Part shown: positions 19,719-29,669 of the stretch, piece by piece
Layout: the number at the start of each line of letters is the position of its first letter
Numbering within the stretch: the stretch's first letter is position 1
From: Euryarchaeota archaeon UBA19
GTDB lineage: Archaea; Thermoplasmatota; Poseidoniia; Poseidoniales; Thalassarchaeaceae
Direction of reading: 5' to 3'
NCBI GenBank assembly: GCA_002502175.1
Contig: DAPQ01000060.1
Coordinates: forward strand, 7,784 to 71,783
DNA: 64,000 nt
Translations under genes and position numbers: made by a program
Notes under the pieces: generated by a model
What the model was told of the DNA's origin: nothing
Seen by the model: the letters and a program-made list of their open reading frames with translations, nothing else
The model's database searches: none

Positions 19719-20516
19719 TTGAGTTCATTTTCTAAATTAGTCTCGCCACCAAAGATGACCGAGCCTCGTCGTCATATCCATCTTGAACACGATGGTAAAT
19801 TACTCCTAGTAGATCTACAAGGAAAAGGACCCGCAATACCTCAAATGGGAAGAAAAGGAGATGGCGGATTCTCGATTCGCCTCCCAACTCCTGAAGAAGC
19901 GAAAGGAATGGGTTTGACCTGGAATACTAAGCGAACTAATCGATTTAGATTAGGACAAGAAATGCATGAGGTTATTGTCGCTACTCCTGAAATTACTTGG
20001 CCTGGAGAGTGGGCCTGGAAAGATGCTGTGATTAGCGACAGTGAGGTTGACCCTGTGGCTAGAGAATCTGTATATCGGACTCTACATAGAGTAGTCAGCA
20101 AAGTTGTAATTACTAATCCATCTAATCAGATACTTATGGCAAAAGTAACTCGAGGATTTTTCACAGGCTGTTGGACCTTACCGGGAGGTTTTGTCGACTA
20201 TGGCGAGCATCCTAGAGTGGGAGCTGAACGTGAAGCATTGGAAGAACTGGGAATCGACATTCGCATACCAGACCCTATTGGGGAGTCGAGTGAGGGGTAT
20301 GGCACAAACTCCGAGTCAATTGTCCGACAGGAGATTTTCACGCCTGATGGTATTTGTTGGCTTTCATTTACGTACAAATGTGAGGCGGATATTCCAGCAG
20401 AGAAAATAGTACCAAAAGATGATGAAATAGAGGAAGCAAAATGGTTTGATAAACAGGAAGCATTATCCGTAGCCGTTTCCCTTTTTGATATTGAAGCCAT
20501 AGAGAAATTCATTTGA
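19719..20516 (+). CDS. NUDIX hydrolase with ~130-aa N-terminal extra domain
   Basis: Nudix box 'GGFVDYGEHPRVGAEREALEELGI' (Gx5Ex7REUxEExGU). Confidence 0.65.
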   Translation: MSSFSKLVSPPKMTEPRRHIHLEHDGKLLLVDLQGKGPAIPQMGRKGDGGFSIRLPTPEEAKGMGLTWNTKRTNRFRLGQEMHEVIVATPEITWPGEWAWKDAVISDSEVDPVARESVYRTLHRVVSKVVITNPSNQILMAKVTRGFFTGCWTLPGGFVDYGEHPRVGAEREALEELGIDIRIPDPIGESSEGYGTNSESIVRQEIFTPDGICWLSFTYKCEADIPAEKIVPKDDEIEEAKWFDKQEALSVAVSLFDIEAIEKFI

Positions 20517-20549
20517 TAATTTTACCGCTTTCGCCGATTAGAGAAGAAG

Positions 20550-20627
20550 TGGTGGGCCTGCCTGGATTTGAACCAGGGTCAAATGGTCCCAAACCATCTA
20601 GCATAGGCCAGACTAACCCACAGGCCC
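20550..20627 (-). tRNA. tRNA-Pro (anticodon UGG), CCA encoded
   Basis: Minus-strand read: acceptor GGGCCTG/CAGGCCC. T-arm CCTGG-TTCAAAT-CCAGG. Anticodon arm GATGG-TTTGGGA-CCATT with UGG in the loop. Discriminator A, then CCA. The D-arm pairing is weak by hand. Confidence 0.6.
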
Positions 20628-20664
20628 GTGAGTAACATGGCCACCTAAGTCGACTTTATGGAGT

Positions 20665-21129
20665 TCACGCTAACCATTTCCACTCATCTTGAGCAGTTCT
20701 TTGGACCACTCCCTGTAATTCCGCCATACCAATAATTTGTTCAGGAGATGGTTCTGTAACTCCTTCTGTTTCTAGACTTACTCGCAATGATTTCAGAGTT
20801 AACACACCTCTTTCATCTGTAGATTGTTTCAGTATTCTGAGAATCATTCCAGCATTTGCCCTATCCCTTGTCTTCAATTGTTTACGCTTTTTTTCGTTTA
20901 ATTTTGCCTCTATCTCTTGACTAATTTCTGAAGGTAGGTTGGCGTTTGCGACCGCTTCGGTTAATTTAGCAGGATCTGTGAATACCGCAGTTGTTGTGAT
21001 TTGGCTAGATTCGCCACATCTACTGCAGGATGCTTGAGTTCCTTGTCTAGCCCCAAACGATTGGCCGCATTTGCATCGAAGTAGTAGCCAATTACTCGCC
21101 ATAGCCTTTGCTGAAAAGTGATGGTTCAA
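20665..21129 (-). CDS. zinc-ribbon protein, hypothetical
   Basis: 'CKCGQSFGARQGTQASCSRCGES' (CxC...CxxC) at the N-terminus, helical C-terminus. No identifiable family by eye. Confidence 0.35.
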   Translation of the reverse strand: MNHHFSAKAMASNWLLLRCKCGQSFGARQGTQASCSRCGESSQITTTAVFTDPAKLTEAVANANLPSEISQEIEAKLNEKKRKQLKTRDRANAGMILRILKQSTDERGVLTLKSLRVSLETEGVTEPSPEQIIGMAELQGVVQRTAQDEWKWLA

Positions 21130-21133
21130 TATA

Positions 21134-21499
21134 TTGTCTTGGGGCTATAGAAGCCGAATTAGGATTCTAATTGAAGAAATTAAGCGTATCCCTAATGATG
21201 CAGGACCATTGGGGGTTAACGTGCAAAACGCTCGAATTGTCTTCGGTTGGTTGGCATTTCTTATTCTAATCGTCTTTTCGATTTACTCATTTTTCGAATC
21301 CGGCTCTATAACTATCGAGGCATGGATTTCGTTACTTCTTTCTCCTGCGGCCCTTGCATTCGCACTTAATCGAAGCAAATGGTGGGAAAGAGATACTATT
21401 CACCCTACAACAATAATAGAGGAAGAAAGTGTAGAGACATCTTCAAAAAAAGAAGTCCCAAATCCGGAAGAGGATGGATTCGATATCCCTGTAATGTAA
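21134..21499 (+). CDS. small membrane protein (2 TM), hypothetical
   Basis: Two hydrophobic helices and an acidic C-terminal tail. Confidence 0.25.
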   Translation: MSWGYRSRIRILIEEIKRIPNDAGPLGVNVQNARIVFGWLAFLILIVFSIYSFFESGSITIEAWISLLLSPAALAFALNRSKWWERDTIHPTTIIEEESVETSSKKEVPNPEEDGFDIPVM

Positions 21500-21509
21500 G
21501 GGAAATCGG

Positions 21510-22727
21510 TCAATTGCCCCAATATGCTTCCCGCATGGCTTGATTGGCTTCCATACATGCAACAACATCTGCAGGACGCTGTGGCATAGAATCAATTCCT
21601 GCTAAGTGATTATACAAAGGTTGTATGTTGGATAAATTGACAACACCCCATCCAACTTGTGTACAAGGAGCAACAGGTGAAATTGGCAATGTGCCCGAAG
21701 TTGGATCCCATGTTGATGCACTAGGATACCACGCGGACAAATTTAGTGCATCACGGATATCGTCATTGGAGATGGAAAGATTTGTGCCGTTAACAAGTAA
21801 ACCACTTCTTTCTTCTGAAGCGCCACTCATTAGGTCTCCTGAATCTTCTCGTAACATAGTCAATACCATGCTAAGAATTCCTGCTGTCCTAGGTGTAGCA
21901 AAAGAGGTACCAGATGTTTGATGGTATCCATCTATGTCGTCATGATTAGGTAGCATCTGAGTCCAATCAGCGGCAATATCTGGATAAGAACCACTCATAG
22001 TTTCCTTTTGGTCATCTTCCTCTTCCGCATATCCAGATACACCAATTGACCAAGGAGGGCCGGCGGTGGGGTCTTGCACTGCGGGAGAAGGAGTATTGTC
22101 TGCAGCTCCAGTGTGGATTTTCTTATTTTCAACGACCGCAACTCTCGTTGAGTCCTCGATTCCAGGCACTGGAATTGAACCAATTGGGCCAAATGAAGTA
22201 GTGATTATGTCCACTAGGGGTTGGTTGGCGGCAGCTAATACTGCAGCGTCACTAAATCCTTCGACAAAGAAAATTATCGCGTCAGGGTTAGCATCCAATA
22301 CTGCGCCAGTAACTGCGGTTCCATGACCATCAGAAGGATCGTCTAGGATAGGGATGTCCGTCCCGTCATCTGGTGTTGTAGCAATTATTCTGGTGCCGGG
22401 AAAATACACTATATCCGAGGAAGTTATTACATCCCAACAAGTTTCCCTGTCGGCCTCGTATCGTTCTTCCCATGTGCCCTCCGTAGTGATATTACACCAC
22501 ATAGTTACGCCTAGCCCATCCAACATCCAGTCTGGTAGAGTCTCATTTAAGACGAAATGATTGTGATAAACATTGATTCCAGTATCAATTGGAGCAACTA
22601 TACTGTACGCATTGGTAGTTTGTTCGTCAATAATTTCTACTTCATCGGGGTCATTAGTATGTATACAACCCACAAGTGCTGAGGATAGCAGTACCAATGA
22701 GACAACGGCCCAGGGTGCAACCCTCAT
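21510..22727 (-). CDS. secreted subtilisin-like serine protease (S8 family)
   Basis: Catalytic triad motifs 'VAPIDTGIN' (Asp), 'HGTAVTGAVLD' (His) and 'GTSFATPRTAG' (Ser). N-terminal signal/lipobox-like 'LLSSALVGC'. Confidence 0.7.
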   Translation of the reverse strand: MRVAPWAVVSLVLLSSALVGCIHTNDPDEVEIIDEQTTNAYSIVAPIDTGINVYHNHFVLNETLPDWMLDGLGVTMWCNITTEGTWEERYEADRETCWDVITSSDIVYFPGTRIIATTPDDGTDIPILDDPSDGHGTAVTGAVLDANPDAIIFFVEGFSDAAVLAAANQPLVDIITTSFGPIGSIPVPGIEDSTRVAVVENKKIHTGAADNTPSPAVQDPTAGPPWSIGVSGYAEEEDDQKETMSGSYPDIAADWTQMLPNHDDIDGYHQTSGTSFATPRTAGILSMVLTMLREDSGDLMSGASEERSGLLVNGTNLSISNDDIRDALNLSAWYPSASTWDPTSGTLPISPVAPCTQVGWGVVNLSNIQPLYNHLAGIDSMPQRPADVVACMEANQAMREAYWGN

Positions 22728-22785
22728 GACTCATCGGCTAAGGCGAATATGTTTGAGGTTGATGTATAGTTGTCAAAGTCAAAAT

Positions 22786-24702
22786 TTACTTCAATCTAAG
22801 AGTTTCAAGGTTTGCCGGAGCATAGGTTTGAACCCTAAATTCATCTCTTAGACCTTGCCGGAATGCATTGCATGTTTTAGCGTCTCCATGATGGCAGATT
22901 ATTTTCCTAGGCGTAGGGTTCAATGCTTTCACATAATCCATTAATTGTCGCCTGTCAGAGTGCCCACTGAATCCATCAATTGTTACAACATTACAGGCAA
23001 CAGGGACCATGTGGGTTTGTCCCTTGTCCATTAGTGGAACCTCTGCATGGCCTTGTTGTAGTCTGCGTCCAAGAGTTCCAGAGGCTTGATATCCAACAAA
23101 ACATAATGTGTTATTTGTTTCAGGAGCCCAGTGCTTGAAATATTCGATTATGGGTCCTCCGGTCATCATTCCTGAAGTTGCCAAGACGATACATGGAGAT
23201 GGGTCGTAAAGTAATTTTTCTCTTTGTTCTCTACTATCTACCTGCTTGAACCAACTTGAATTGAATGGATTTTCTTCACCCCCCTTCAATACCTTACTAC
23301 GTAATTCACGATTGAGGAAATCCGGGTGGCTAGCGTGAATTGCGGTTGCCTCTGCAATCATTCCATCCAAATAAACTGTTACCGGTTTAATCTCGCCGGA
23401 TTTGAACAATTGATCTATTGCAATCATCACCTCTTGCGAACGTCCTACTGCGAATACTGGACAGAATATTTTACCTCCCCTCGAGAGAGCTAATTTTACC
23501 AAATCTTGCAATTCCTGTGTAGCGTCTGCTCGATTTGGTTGGAAATCTTGCGCGCCTCCGTATGTTGATTCGATAACTAAGGTCTCGACCTTTTGGAACC
23601 TTACTGTTGCAGCATCAAATAACCATGATCTTTCGTATTTGATGTCACCTGAGAAGAGCAATCTATGTTCAGAATTTCCTTCTCCAATCTGCATGTAAAC
23701 ACTAGATGAACCAAGGATATGTCCTGCGTTTTCGAGAGTGATTTTTACATCTGGAGCAATATCTGTCTTATCGCCCCAGCGAATGTCAACAACGTGTTTG
23801 ATACATTCTTGTATATCCGCCTTTGAATAAGGTGGATCTGCGCCTTCTGCTTGGGAGACTTTGATGTAATCCATCTGCAATAATGTCATCAAATCCCTAG
23901 TTGGTGGTGTGCAATATACCGGCCCTCGATATCCATACCGGAATAGAACTGGAAGCATGGCTATGTGGTCAACGTGAGCATGGGTTAGTACGATTGCATC
24001 GAGATTATCTAAAGGAAGTAATTCTGGTGCATTGAAGAATGGCTGAACTTCACTACGATTCATCGTTGGCTTAGCACCACAATCAACGAGAACTCGTGAT
24101 TCATTTGTTGTAACCAAATGCATTGCTCGGCCAACTTCTCGATATGAACCTAAAGCGGTCAGTCTAACCCATGGTTCCCCAGCTCTTTTTGGACGATAAA
24201 TTCGGGTACCAAATTTCCTCAATAGGGATTTTCTTTCATCGGCTAATTCTTTTCGATATCTTCGGATATCATGTTGAGTTCGGCTCTCAAAGGCCGGAGC
24301 GCGTTCTACCGATATTAACCAGCCAATTTCATCTCTGAGATTTTTGATATTGATTCCCTTAGGGCCTACAGCAGAAGCAGGATCGTCACATTCCAGAGTA
24401 ACTTCGGATAATGCAGGGTCGAGCCAAACATTCCTCACCTCAGCCTCAGGTGGAATAATTTCGTTTACCTTTTGCCGTACTGTATCTTCATCGGCGAGAA
24501 TATCAGAGTGCGGTCTTACGATTACCCTACGCTTGACATTTTTCGCAATTTTTACGGTCAATGATTGGCCAGCGCCCCCGAAGGCTTCTGGTTGCTTTGT
24601 AATAATTGCAATCGAACCTGCCTCTACATCTACATCATAGTCGATGTTTTCAGGTACTAACTTGGATACCCTTTGTTTTACTTCTGTCAATGTTAATCTC
24701 AT
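22786..24702 (-). CDS. archaeal CPSF1-type KH/beta-CASP ribonuclease (FttA transcription termination factor)
   Basis: N-terminal KH-like region. Metallo-beta-lactamase motif 'LTHAHVDHIAMLP'. beta-CASP region. Length 638 aa. Confidence 0.8.
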   Translation of the reverse strand: MRLTLTEVKQRVSKLVPENIDYDVDVEAGSIAIITKQPEAFGGAGQSLTVKIAKNVKRRVIVRPHSDILADEDTVRQKVNEIIPPEAEVRNVWLDPALSEVTLECDDPASAVGPKGINIKNLRDEIGWLISVERAPAFESRTQHDIRRYRKELADERKSLLRKFGTRIYRPKRAGEPWVRLTALGSYREVGRAMHLVTTNESRVLVDCGAKPTMNRSEVQPFFNAPELLPLDNLDAIVLTHAHVDHIAMLPVLFRYGYRGPVYCTPPTRDLMTLLQMDYIKVSQAEGADPPYSKADIQECIKHVVDIRWGDKTDIAPDVKITLENAGHILGSSSVYMQIGEGNSEHRLLFSGDIKYERSWLFDAATVRFQKVETLVIESTYGGAQDFQPNRADATQELQDLVKLALSRGGKIFCPVFAVGRSQEVMIAIDQLFKSGEIKPVTVYLDGMIAEATAIHASHPDFLNRELRSKVLKGGEENPFNSSWFKQVDSREQREKLLYDPSPCIVLATSGMMTGGPIIEYFKHWAPETNNTLCFVGYQASGTLGRRLQQGHAEVPLMDKGQTHMVPVACNVVTIDGFSGHSDRRQLMDYVKALNPTPRKIICHHGDAKTCNAFRQGLRDEFRVQTYAPANLETLRLK

Positions 24703-24784
24703 TATTCACACCTCAATTGAGGAACTCCACCCTCTACCAAAAACCTCGAAATGAGGTTGTAAGGCTAAATGCCGTGGAGTTTGT

Positions 24785-25411
24785 CTACAATTTGGAAAGC
24801 AGGTCTGAGACCTCTTTCTCTGTTAGCTGTTGGTAGCCTGCATCTTTTGTAATTACTGCAAGATCCATGCCATTTCCGCTTGCTGCATCTCTTTGTGCCG
24901 ATGCCAAGAGGGCCTTTGCGGCTACCTTTAGTGCTTGATTCTGATTCATACCATCCTTGTACTGGTCTTCTAGGACACCGTACATGAATGGGCTTCCTGA
25001 ACCGGTGGCGCAGTAAACGTCTGGAATTGAGCCACCTGCTGAGTCTATCGAATACACACTCGGACCATCTTCATCGGTTCCAACAATCAATAGTTGAACA
25101 TAGTGTGGTCTACCCACTAGTATGTTAGCAGTTAATGTAGCAGCACCTCGGACAGTCATTGGAGCGTTACGCTTCAGTTCGTATAGCCTCAATTCTGCTG
25201 CAAGGGTTCGTGAAAGTGATTGGGCATGTCCTACAAGACCTGCAGTAGTGAGGGCGACGTTATTTGAAATTTTGAACAACTTCTTGACGCTCTTGTTTGC
25301 AATAAAGTGTCCCATAGTTGCTCTATGGTCTGCTCCGACTACAACACCTCCGTCGAATGTTATGCCAACAGTGCTAGTTCCGGTCTTGACGGCGTCTGCT
25401 TCTGCGTTCAT
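24785..25411 (-). CDS. psmB: proteasome subunit beta
   Basis: 'GTSTVGITFDGGVVVGADHRATMG' with the catalytic Thr after the propeptide. Confidence 0.85.
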   Translation of the reverse strand: MNAEADAVKTGTSTVGITFDGGVVVGADHRATMGHFIANKSVKKLFKISNNVALTTAGLVGHAQSLSRTLAAELRLYELKRNAPMTVRGAATLTANILVGRPHYVQLLIVGTDEDGPSVYSIDSAGGSIPDVYCATGSGSPFMYGVLEDQYKDGMNQNQALKVAAKALLASAQRDAASGNGMDLAVITKDAGYQQLTEKEVSDLLSKL

Positions 25412-25616
25412 CTGATTTCACCGCACGGAGAGTTCCCTGCGGATTGCACTCAAATCCGGCCCCTTATCAATCCGACGGGGTGTTAGTGAGGGAATGTGCT
25501 CAAACTTGTAATTAGGCCTCGAGCGAAAATGTCTCTTTCAACATAGGTCATTAATTGGGTATTTCCATCCAACATTAACCGTATTACTGAAAGAGCCTAC
25601 CACTCCGGAATGAATT

Positions 25617-26024
25617 ATGGCGAAGCCTACTAGGTCCGAACCCAAATGGATCGAGATGCCTAGTTTACCTTCTCAGTCTCGCGACTTTTCGTTAGATCCA
25701 GGTCAAGATTACCATGACTTGGGTGAGCTATACGCAGATGCGCCAGTGGCTAGAGGAATGGGCGATGTTATTGTTCACAGAGCCATTTTAGATGATATTA
25801 CAGGAATTCCTAAACTACTAGATTGGTTATCCGATGGTGATATCGTAATATTAGAAATGTCGCGCTTAATCACAGTTGAAACCGAATTAAGAATTGCAGT
25901 AGATAGAATCCAATCTTTTGTAGAAACCGACTTATCAGGAGAAGTGATTAGATTGGGCACCTCAAGATTGTTACTCTTACCATCAACATTTGCTATATCC
26001 GAGGAGCAAAATACTGCTTACTGA
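25617..26024 (+). CDS. sepF: SepF-like cell-division protein
   Basis: C-terminal core 'VIVHRAILDDITGIPKLLDWLSDGDIVILEMSRL...IRLGTSRLLLLP' follows the SepF/DUF552 pattern (VxV..P.sfeD ... ViVNL ... FLLxP). Confidence 0.45.
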   Translation: MAKPTRSEPKWIEMPSLPSQSRDFSLDPGQDYHDLGELYADAPVARGMGDVIVHRAILDDITGIPKLLDWLSDGDIVILEMSRLITVETELRIAVDRIQSFVETDLSGEVIRLGTSRLLLLPSTFAISEEQNTAY

Positions 26025-26027
26025 GGT

Positions 26028-26639
26028 GTGAATTTGGAAAGCTCTCTTGATTATCCTTGTCCAATTTGTAATGCACAGAATGGATTAATTCTCAATGTTC
26101 ACACCTCAGAAATACCATACTTTGGCGAACACACAGAGATGACTATCATTTGCAATGAGTGCGGTTGGAGGCACACCGATTTCATACCCTCGGAAGGAAA
26201 AAAGCCAAGCGTCTGGTCACTGGTTATCGACAATTCAGAGTTAATGACTACCAGAGTGGTTAGATCCTCATCATGCACAGTGAGAATTGTCGAATTGGGC
26301 TTGGAAGTAGAACCAGGCGATAATGCAACAGGGTATATTTCCAATGTAGAAGGAGTGCTAAAGCGGTTTTCCGATGCTATCTCAATGATACAACGTGGTG
26401 CAATACGAGATGGTCAAGAAGGAAAAGAAAAAGTTGAATCCTGTCAAGAATTAATTGACAGAATATCTAGAGTCAAGAATGGGAAAGAGACTGTTGAACT
26501 ATTGTTACTAGATCCGAATGGGCATTCTCAAATCTTGCATGAATCGGCTACATCAACAGAGTTGTCCGAAGAAGAAATCGCAGCCTTAGCCACAGGCCCT
26601 CAGATACCCATTTTCGATTCAAGCGACTTTGAAGAATAG
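26028..26639 (+). CDS. ZPR1-type zinc-finger protein
   Basis: 'CPICNAQNGLILNVHTSEIPYFGEHTEMTIICNECGWRHTDF' is a ZPR1 zinc-finger domain (C-x2-C...IPYF...C-x2-CG). Length ~200 aa as in archaeal ZPR1. Confidence 0.65.
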   Translation: MNLESSLDYPCPICNAQNGLILNVHTSEIPYFGEHTEMTIICNECGWRHTDFIPSEGKKPSVWSLVIDNSELMTTRVVRSSSCTVRIVELGLEVEPGDNATGYISNVEGVLKRFSDAISMIQRGAIRDGQEGKEKVESCQELIDRISRVKNGKETVELLLLDPNGHSQILHESATSTELSEEEIAALATGPQIPIFDSSDFEE

Positions 26640-26643
26640 TCCC

Positions 26644-28044
26644 TTATTTTGCGTCGGGCGCTAGGAATTCCTCAAGGCGTCCTTCCCACATATCTCTCTT
26701 ATCGGCTAATTGAGAAAGCCATTCGCTTGCTCTATCGATACAAATCTGCTTCATTTCTCCAGCCAATAGTTTTCCAGATTCGTATTCTCTGGCAATCCTT
26801 GTTAATTCAGAGTCGTCCTCTTCAAAGAAGAATTGTAAATATTGGAATGCAACATCCTTGGAACAATCGCCACCGAGTCTTCTATGTTCCTCTACAGTTG
26901 GTTGACCCCCACTAAACGCCCGCTTTACCTTCTTGCTCATCTCATCGTGAGTATCGTCCATGAAAATTGTAGTTTGTGGCTTAGAGGATGACATCTTATC
27001 TCCAGTAAGCCCAATTGCAAATCTGTGGTAGGTAGAACTTGGAGGCATTAGGCCCATCCCACCCATCTGACGTTCGAGTCTAAGTACACACATTCGGACC
27101 TGAGCTATATCGGAGGTATTTGCGCCAGGAATGTCCAATGTTCCATGTTTTGGATTTGAAATTAAATCAGAGTAACCCATTGGGGCTAATGACCCCTTTA
27201 GTCTATCAAAAATTGACTCCCTTACCTGTCTATCCACCCGACCATTTGGCGAAACTCCGAAGGCTTCTGAGTTACTATCCTGAACGGATAGAGAAACTGT
27301 CAAACCTCCTGATTTTCTCGGTTTTACGTTAAACCAATGGGTTTTCCCTGCAATACCTCTAGTCAGCCGTAAATGAGGGTCTTGGTCAACTCCAACTGGC
27401 ACTACGATAGGTCGCAATCCTCCAAATTCTTCCAATTGCGGATGAATAATATCTCCAACCTGAACCAAAGGTGCTTGCACATGTGCTAAATTAGTGTCAC
27501 CTTTGAAGCCATAAATCGCTTCAAATTCAGAAAGATTTGTTCTTCGCCCCAAAGAAAACGCAAGTCTCTGAACTTCGGGTCGACCACTTTGAAAATACAC
27601 ATTGGTAGTTTTTGGGTCAAGACCGAGTGCAGCGTAATTGTGGACATATTCCTTTAGAGCTGTTTTTCTTCCTTCTTCAAGGCTGGTTCCTCTAGTAGCT
27701 AATGCTTCAAGGTCGGCTACTGTTACAGTGATATCAGCACCTTGTTCCTGAAACCATCTAACTTGCTCGATAACCATTGAATGACCTAGGTGCATCCTCC
27801 CGCTGGGCATGAGACCTGTCAATACACCAAATGGGTCCGAGCGCTCCATGCATCCAGTGACAACATCGAGATCTCTATGTGCGAAAATAATCCCCCTACG
27901 ATGTAGCATACTTGGATTAGGAACTTGAGTTAGATCTAGACTCTCTAAGCCGAATTGGTCACGTATCCGAGCATAATCTGTAGATTGCTCCGAGGACCAA
28001 GGATCGATGCGACCGGCGTTTCCCACACCCATACGAGAATACAC
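26644..28044 (-). CDS. trpS: tryptophan--tRNA ligase (archaeal/eukaryotic type)
   Basis: HIGH-type 'GRMHLGHSMV'. 'VPVGVDQDPHLRLTRGIA' matches the eukaryotic/archaeal TrpRS block (AIDQDPYFRMTRDVA). KMSKS-type 'KMSSSKP'. Confidence 0.75.
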   Translation of the reverse strand: MYSRMGVGNAGRIDPWSSEQSTDYARIRDQFGLESLDLTQVPNPSMLHRRGIIFAHRDLDVVTGCMERSDPFGVLTGLMPSGRMHLGHSMVIEQVRWFQEQGADITVTVADLEALATRGTSLEEGRKTALKEYVHNYAALGLDPKTTNVYFQSGRPEVQRLAFSLGRRTNLSEFEAIYGFKGDTNLAHVQAPLVQVGDIIHPQLEEFGGLRPIVVPVGVDQDPHLRLTRGIAGKTHWFNVKPRKSGGLTVSLSVQDSNSEAFGVSPNGRVDRQVRESIFDRLKGSLAPMGYSDLISNPKHGTLDIPGANTSDIAQVRMCVLRLERQMGGMGLMPPSSTYHRFAIGLTGDKMSSSKPQTTIFMDDTHDEMSKKVKRAFSGGQPTVEEHRRLGGDCSKDVAFQYLQFFFEEDDSELTRIAREYESGKLLAGEMKQICIDRASEWLSQLADKRDMWEGRLEEFLAPDAK

Positions 28045-28125
28045 TCCTCAATCAACTAATCGCCCATATAATGCGACAAATGCTCGACTGCAACTAATCA
28101 AGAACTAAACCGGCTTGGGGTAATT

Positions 28126-29187
28126 ATGGCGGTTGTACATTGTCTAGGGACTGGATTGGTCGGTGCGTGGGTTGCAAAGCGTCTAGCAACACTTGGACAC
28201 GAAGTTCACGCCTATGACCTTCAGCCGCATCGAGTCATGGGGATTGATGGAATTACGGTACATCAAGGAGATGTATTGGATAATTTGATGTCAATGAGCA
28301 ATAATGCTCAGGTTGACATGGTTGTGAATATGTTACCGGGCGATATTGGGCATATGGCAACGACAGATCTCGCTGAAAGTAGGTATCGCGTGGTGGATTT
28401 AAGTTTCAGTAAACATACACCCGATAGAGATAATCAAAAGGCTCAGGATTACGGAGCAAGAATCCTTTGGGATGTTGGTATAGCACCCGGTTTATCGAAT
28501 ATGTTGCTAGCCGTCGCGGATAGGAAAATTGGACCTTTGGAAAAAGCTGAAGTTTGGGTAGGTGGAAACCCAACCGGGCCATATGGTGAATGGAAGTATA
28601 TGGCACCATTTTCCCCCATAGATGTAATTGCAGAATACACTAGGCCGGCGAGGGTGATTCGAGAAGGAGAAGAAGTGATTCTTCCTGCGTTAACGCAACG
28701 TCATATGATAGATACCGGAGAACACGGTGAAATGGAGGCTTTTCTTACAGATGGTTTACGTTCCGTGCTGAAATCTATTCCTGCATTTGAGATGTCTGAA
28801 TTCACCGTACGATGGCCGGGTCATATCCAGAAATTTATAGACGAAAGGGAAACTGGAGAATTGAACGAAGAGGAATTAATTTGGGAGTGGAATTATGATC
28901 ATAAAATTCCTGAATTTACTTGGATGAAGGTTAGAACTCAGTCAAGAACCGGTGAAGTCATGGAATGGGAAGTTGAGGATCATGGGGGCGACGATGGTCA
29001 TTCTATGGCCCGAGCAACCGGAATGGTGACTGCATGTTGTGTAGAAGCATGGTTGAAAAATCCAGATATGTTACCTGTAGGTGTCCACGCACCAGAAGTA
29101 TTGGGAAACCATACAATTTCCCAAATAATACGAGCTATGAAACTCAATAACGTACGAATAGACGGCCCTGAAATATCGTTAGAATAG
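28126..29187 (+). CDS. saccharopine dehydrogenase-family NAD(P)-binding oxidoreductase
   Basis: N-terminal Rossmann 'VHCLGTGLVGAWVA'. ~350-aa two-domain layout typical of the saccharopine/carboxynorspermidine dehydrogenase family. Confidence 0.5.
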   Translation: MAVVHCLGTGLVGAWVAKRLATLGHEVHAYDLQPHRVMGIDGITVHQGDVLDNLMSMSNNAQVDMVVNMLPGDIGHMATTDLAESRYRVVDLSFSKHTPDRDNQKAQDYGARILWDVGIAPGLSNMLLAVADRKIGPLEKAEVWVGGNPTGPYGEWKYMAPFSPIDVIAEYTRPARVIREGEEVILPALTQRHMIDTGEHGEMEAFLTDGLRSVLKSIPAFEMSEFTVRWPGHIQKFIDERETGELNEEELIWEWNYDHKIPEFTWMKVRTQSRTGEVMEWEVEDHGGDDGHSMARATGMVTACCVEAWLKNPDMLPVGVHAPEVLGNHTISQIIRAMKLNNVRIDGPEISLE

Positions 29188-29255
29188 TTGGAATTAGTAT
29201 AACTTTATTTTTACGCGAACAAGATAATAAGTGTGAAGAAATACAGGTTGTTCTT

Positions 29256-29669
29256 ATGGTATCGAACGATGTCCACAAGGTGGATACTAATCGCTCCAGT
29301 CTTGGCAGGATAATGTGGTTTAGTTTGGGACTATTTTTCACTGCTTTAGGACTAATAGGTATCCCTGTACCTGGACTTCCAACCACTCCTTTTATGATTT
29401 TAGCCGCAGCTTGTTTTGCTAAATCAAGTCAGAAATTCTACGACTGGGTGATTAACAACAAAATATTTGGTACGCATGTGAAGAATTATCGTGAAACCGG
29501 AGGGATACCAAGAAAAACAAAAAGCATAATATTGACCACAATGTGGATTTTTGTATTATTTGCGATACTAATTGCAATTCCCGATTCTGCCCCTCAAATA
29601 TCACGAATTACAACATTTGTATTAGCCTTGATTGGTACGTTGTATATCGTTAAAATCCCTCCACTATAG
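29256..29669 (+). CDS. DUF454/YbaN-family small membrane protein
   Basis: 'IGIPVPGLPTTPFMILAAACFAKSSQKFYDWV' matches the YbaN/DUF454 pattern. Two to three TM helices. Confidence 0.5.
   Translation: MVSNDVHKVDTNRSSLGRIMWFSLGLFFTALGLIGIPVPGLPTTPFMILAAACFAKSSQKFYDWVINNKIFGTHVKNYRETGGIPRKTKSIILTTMWIFVLFAILIAIPDSAPQISRITTFVLALIGTLYIVKIPPL

Noticed and set aside
20550-20627. Possible intron or pseudogene status of tRNA-Pro because the D-arm pairs poorly by hand
   Set aside because: Acceptor, anticodon and T arms are all canonical, and the length of 75 nt plus CCA is compatible with a long D-loop. Without tRNAscan-SE I cannot support an intron. Kept as tRNA with moderate confidence.
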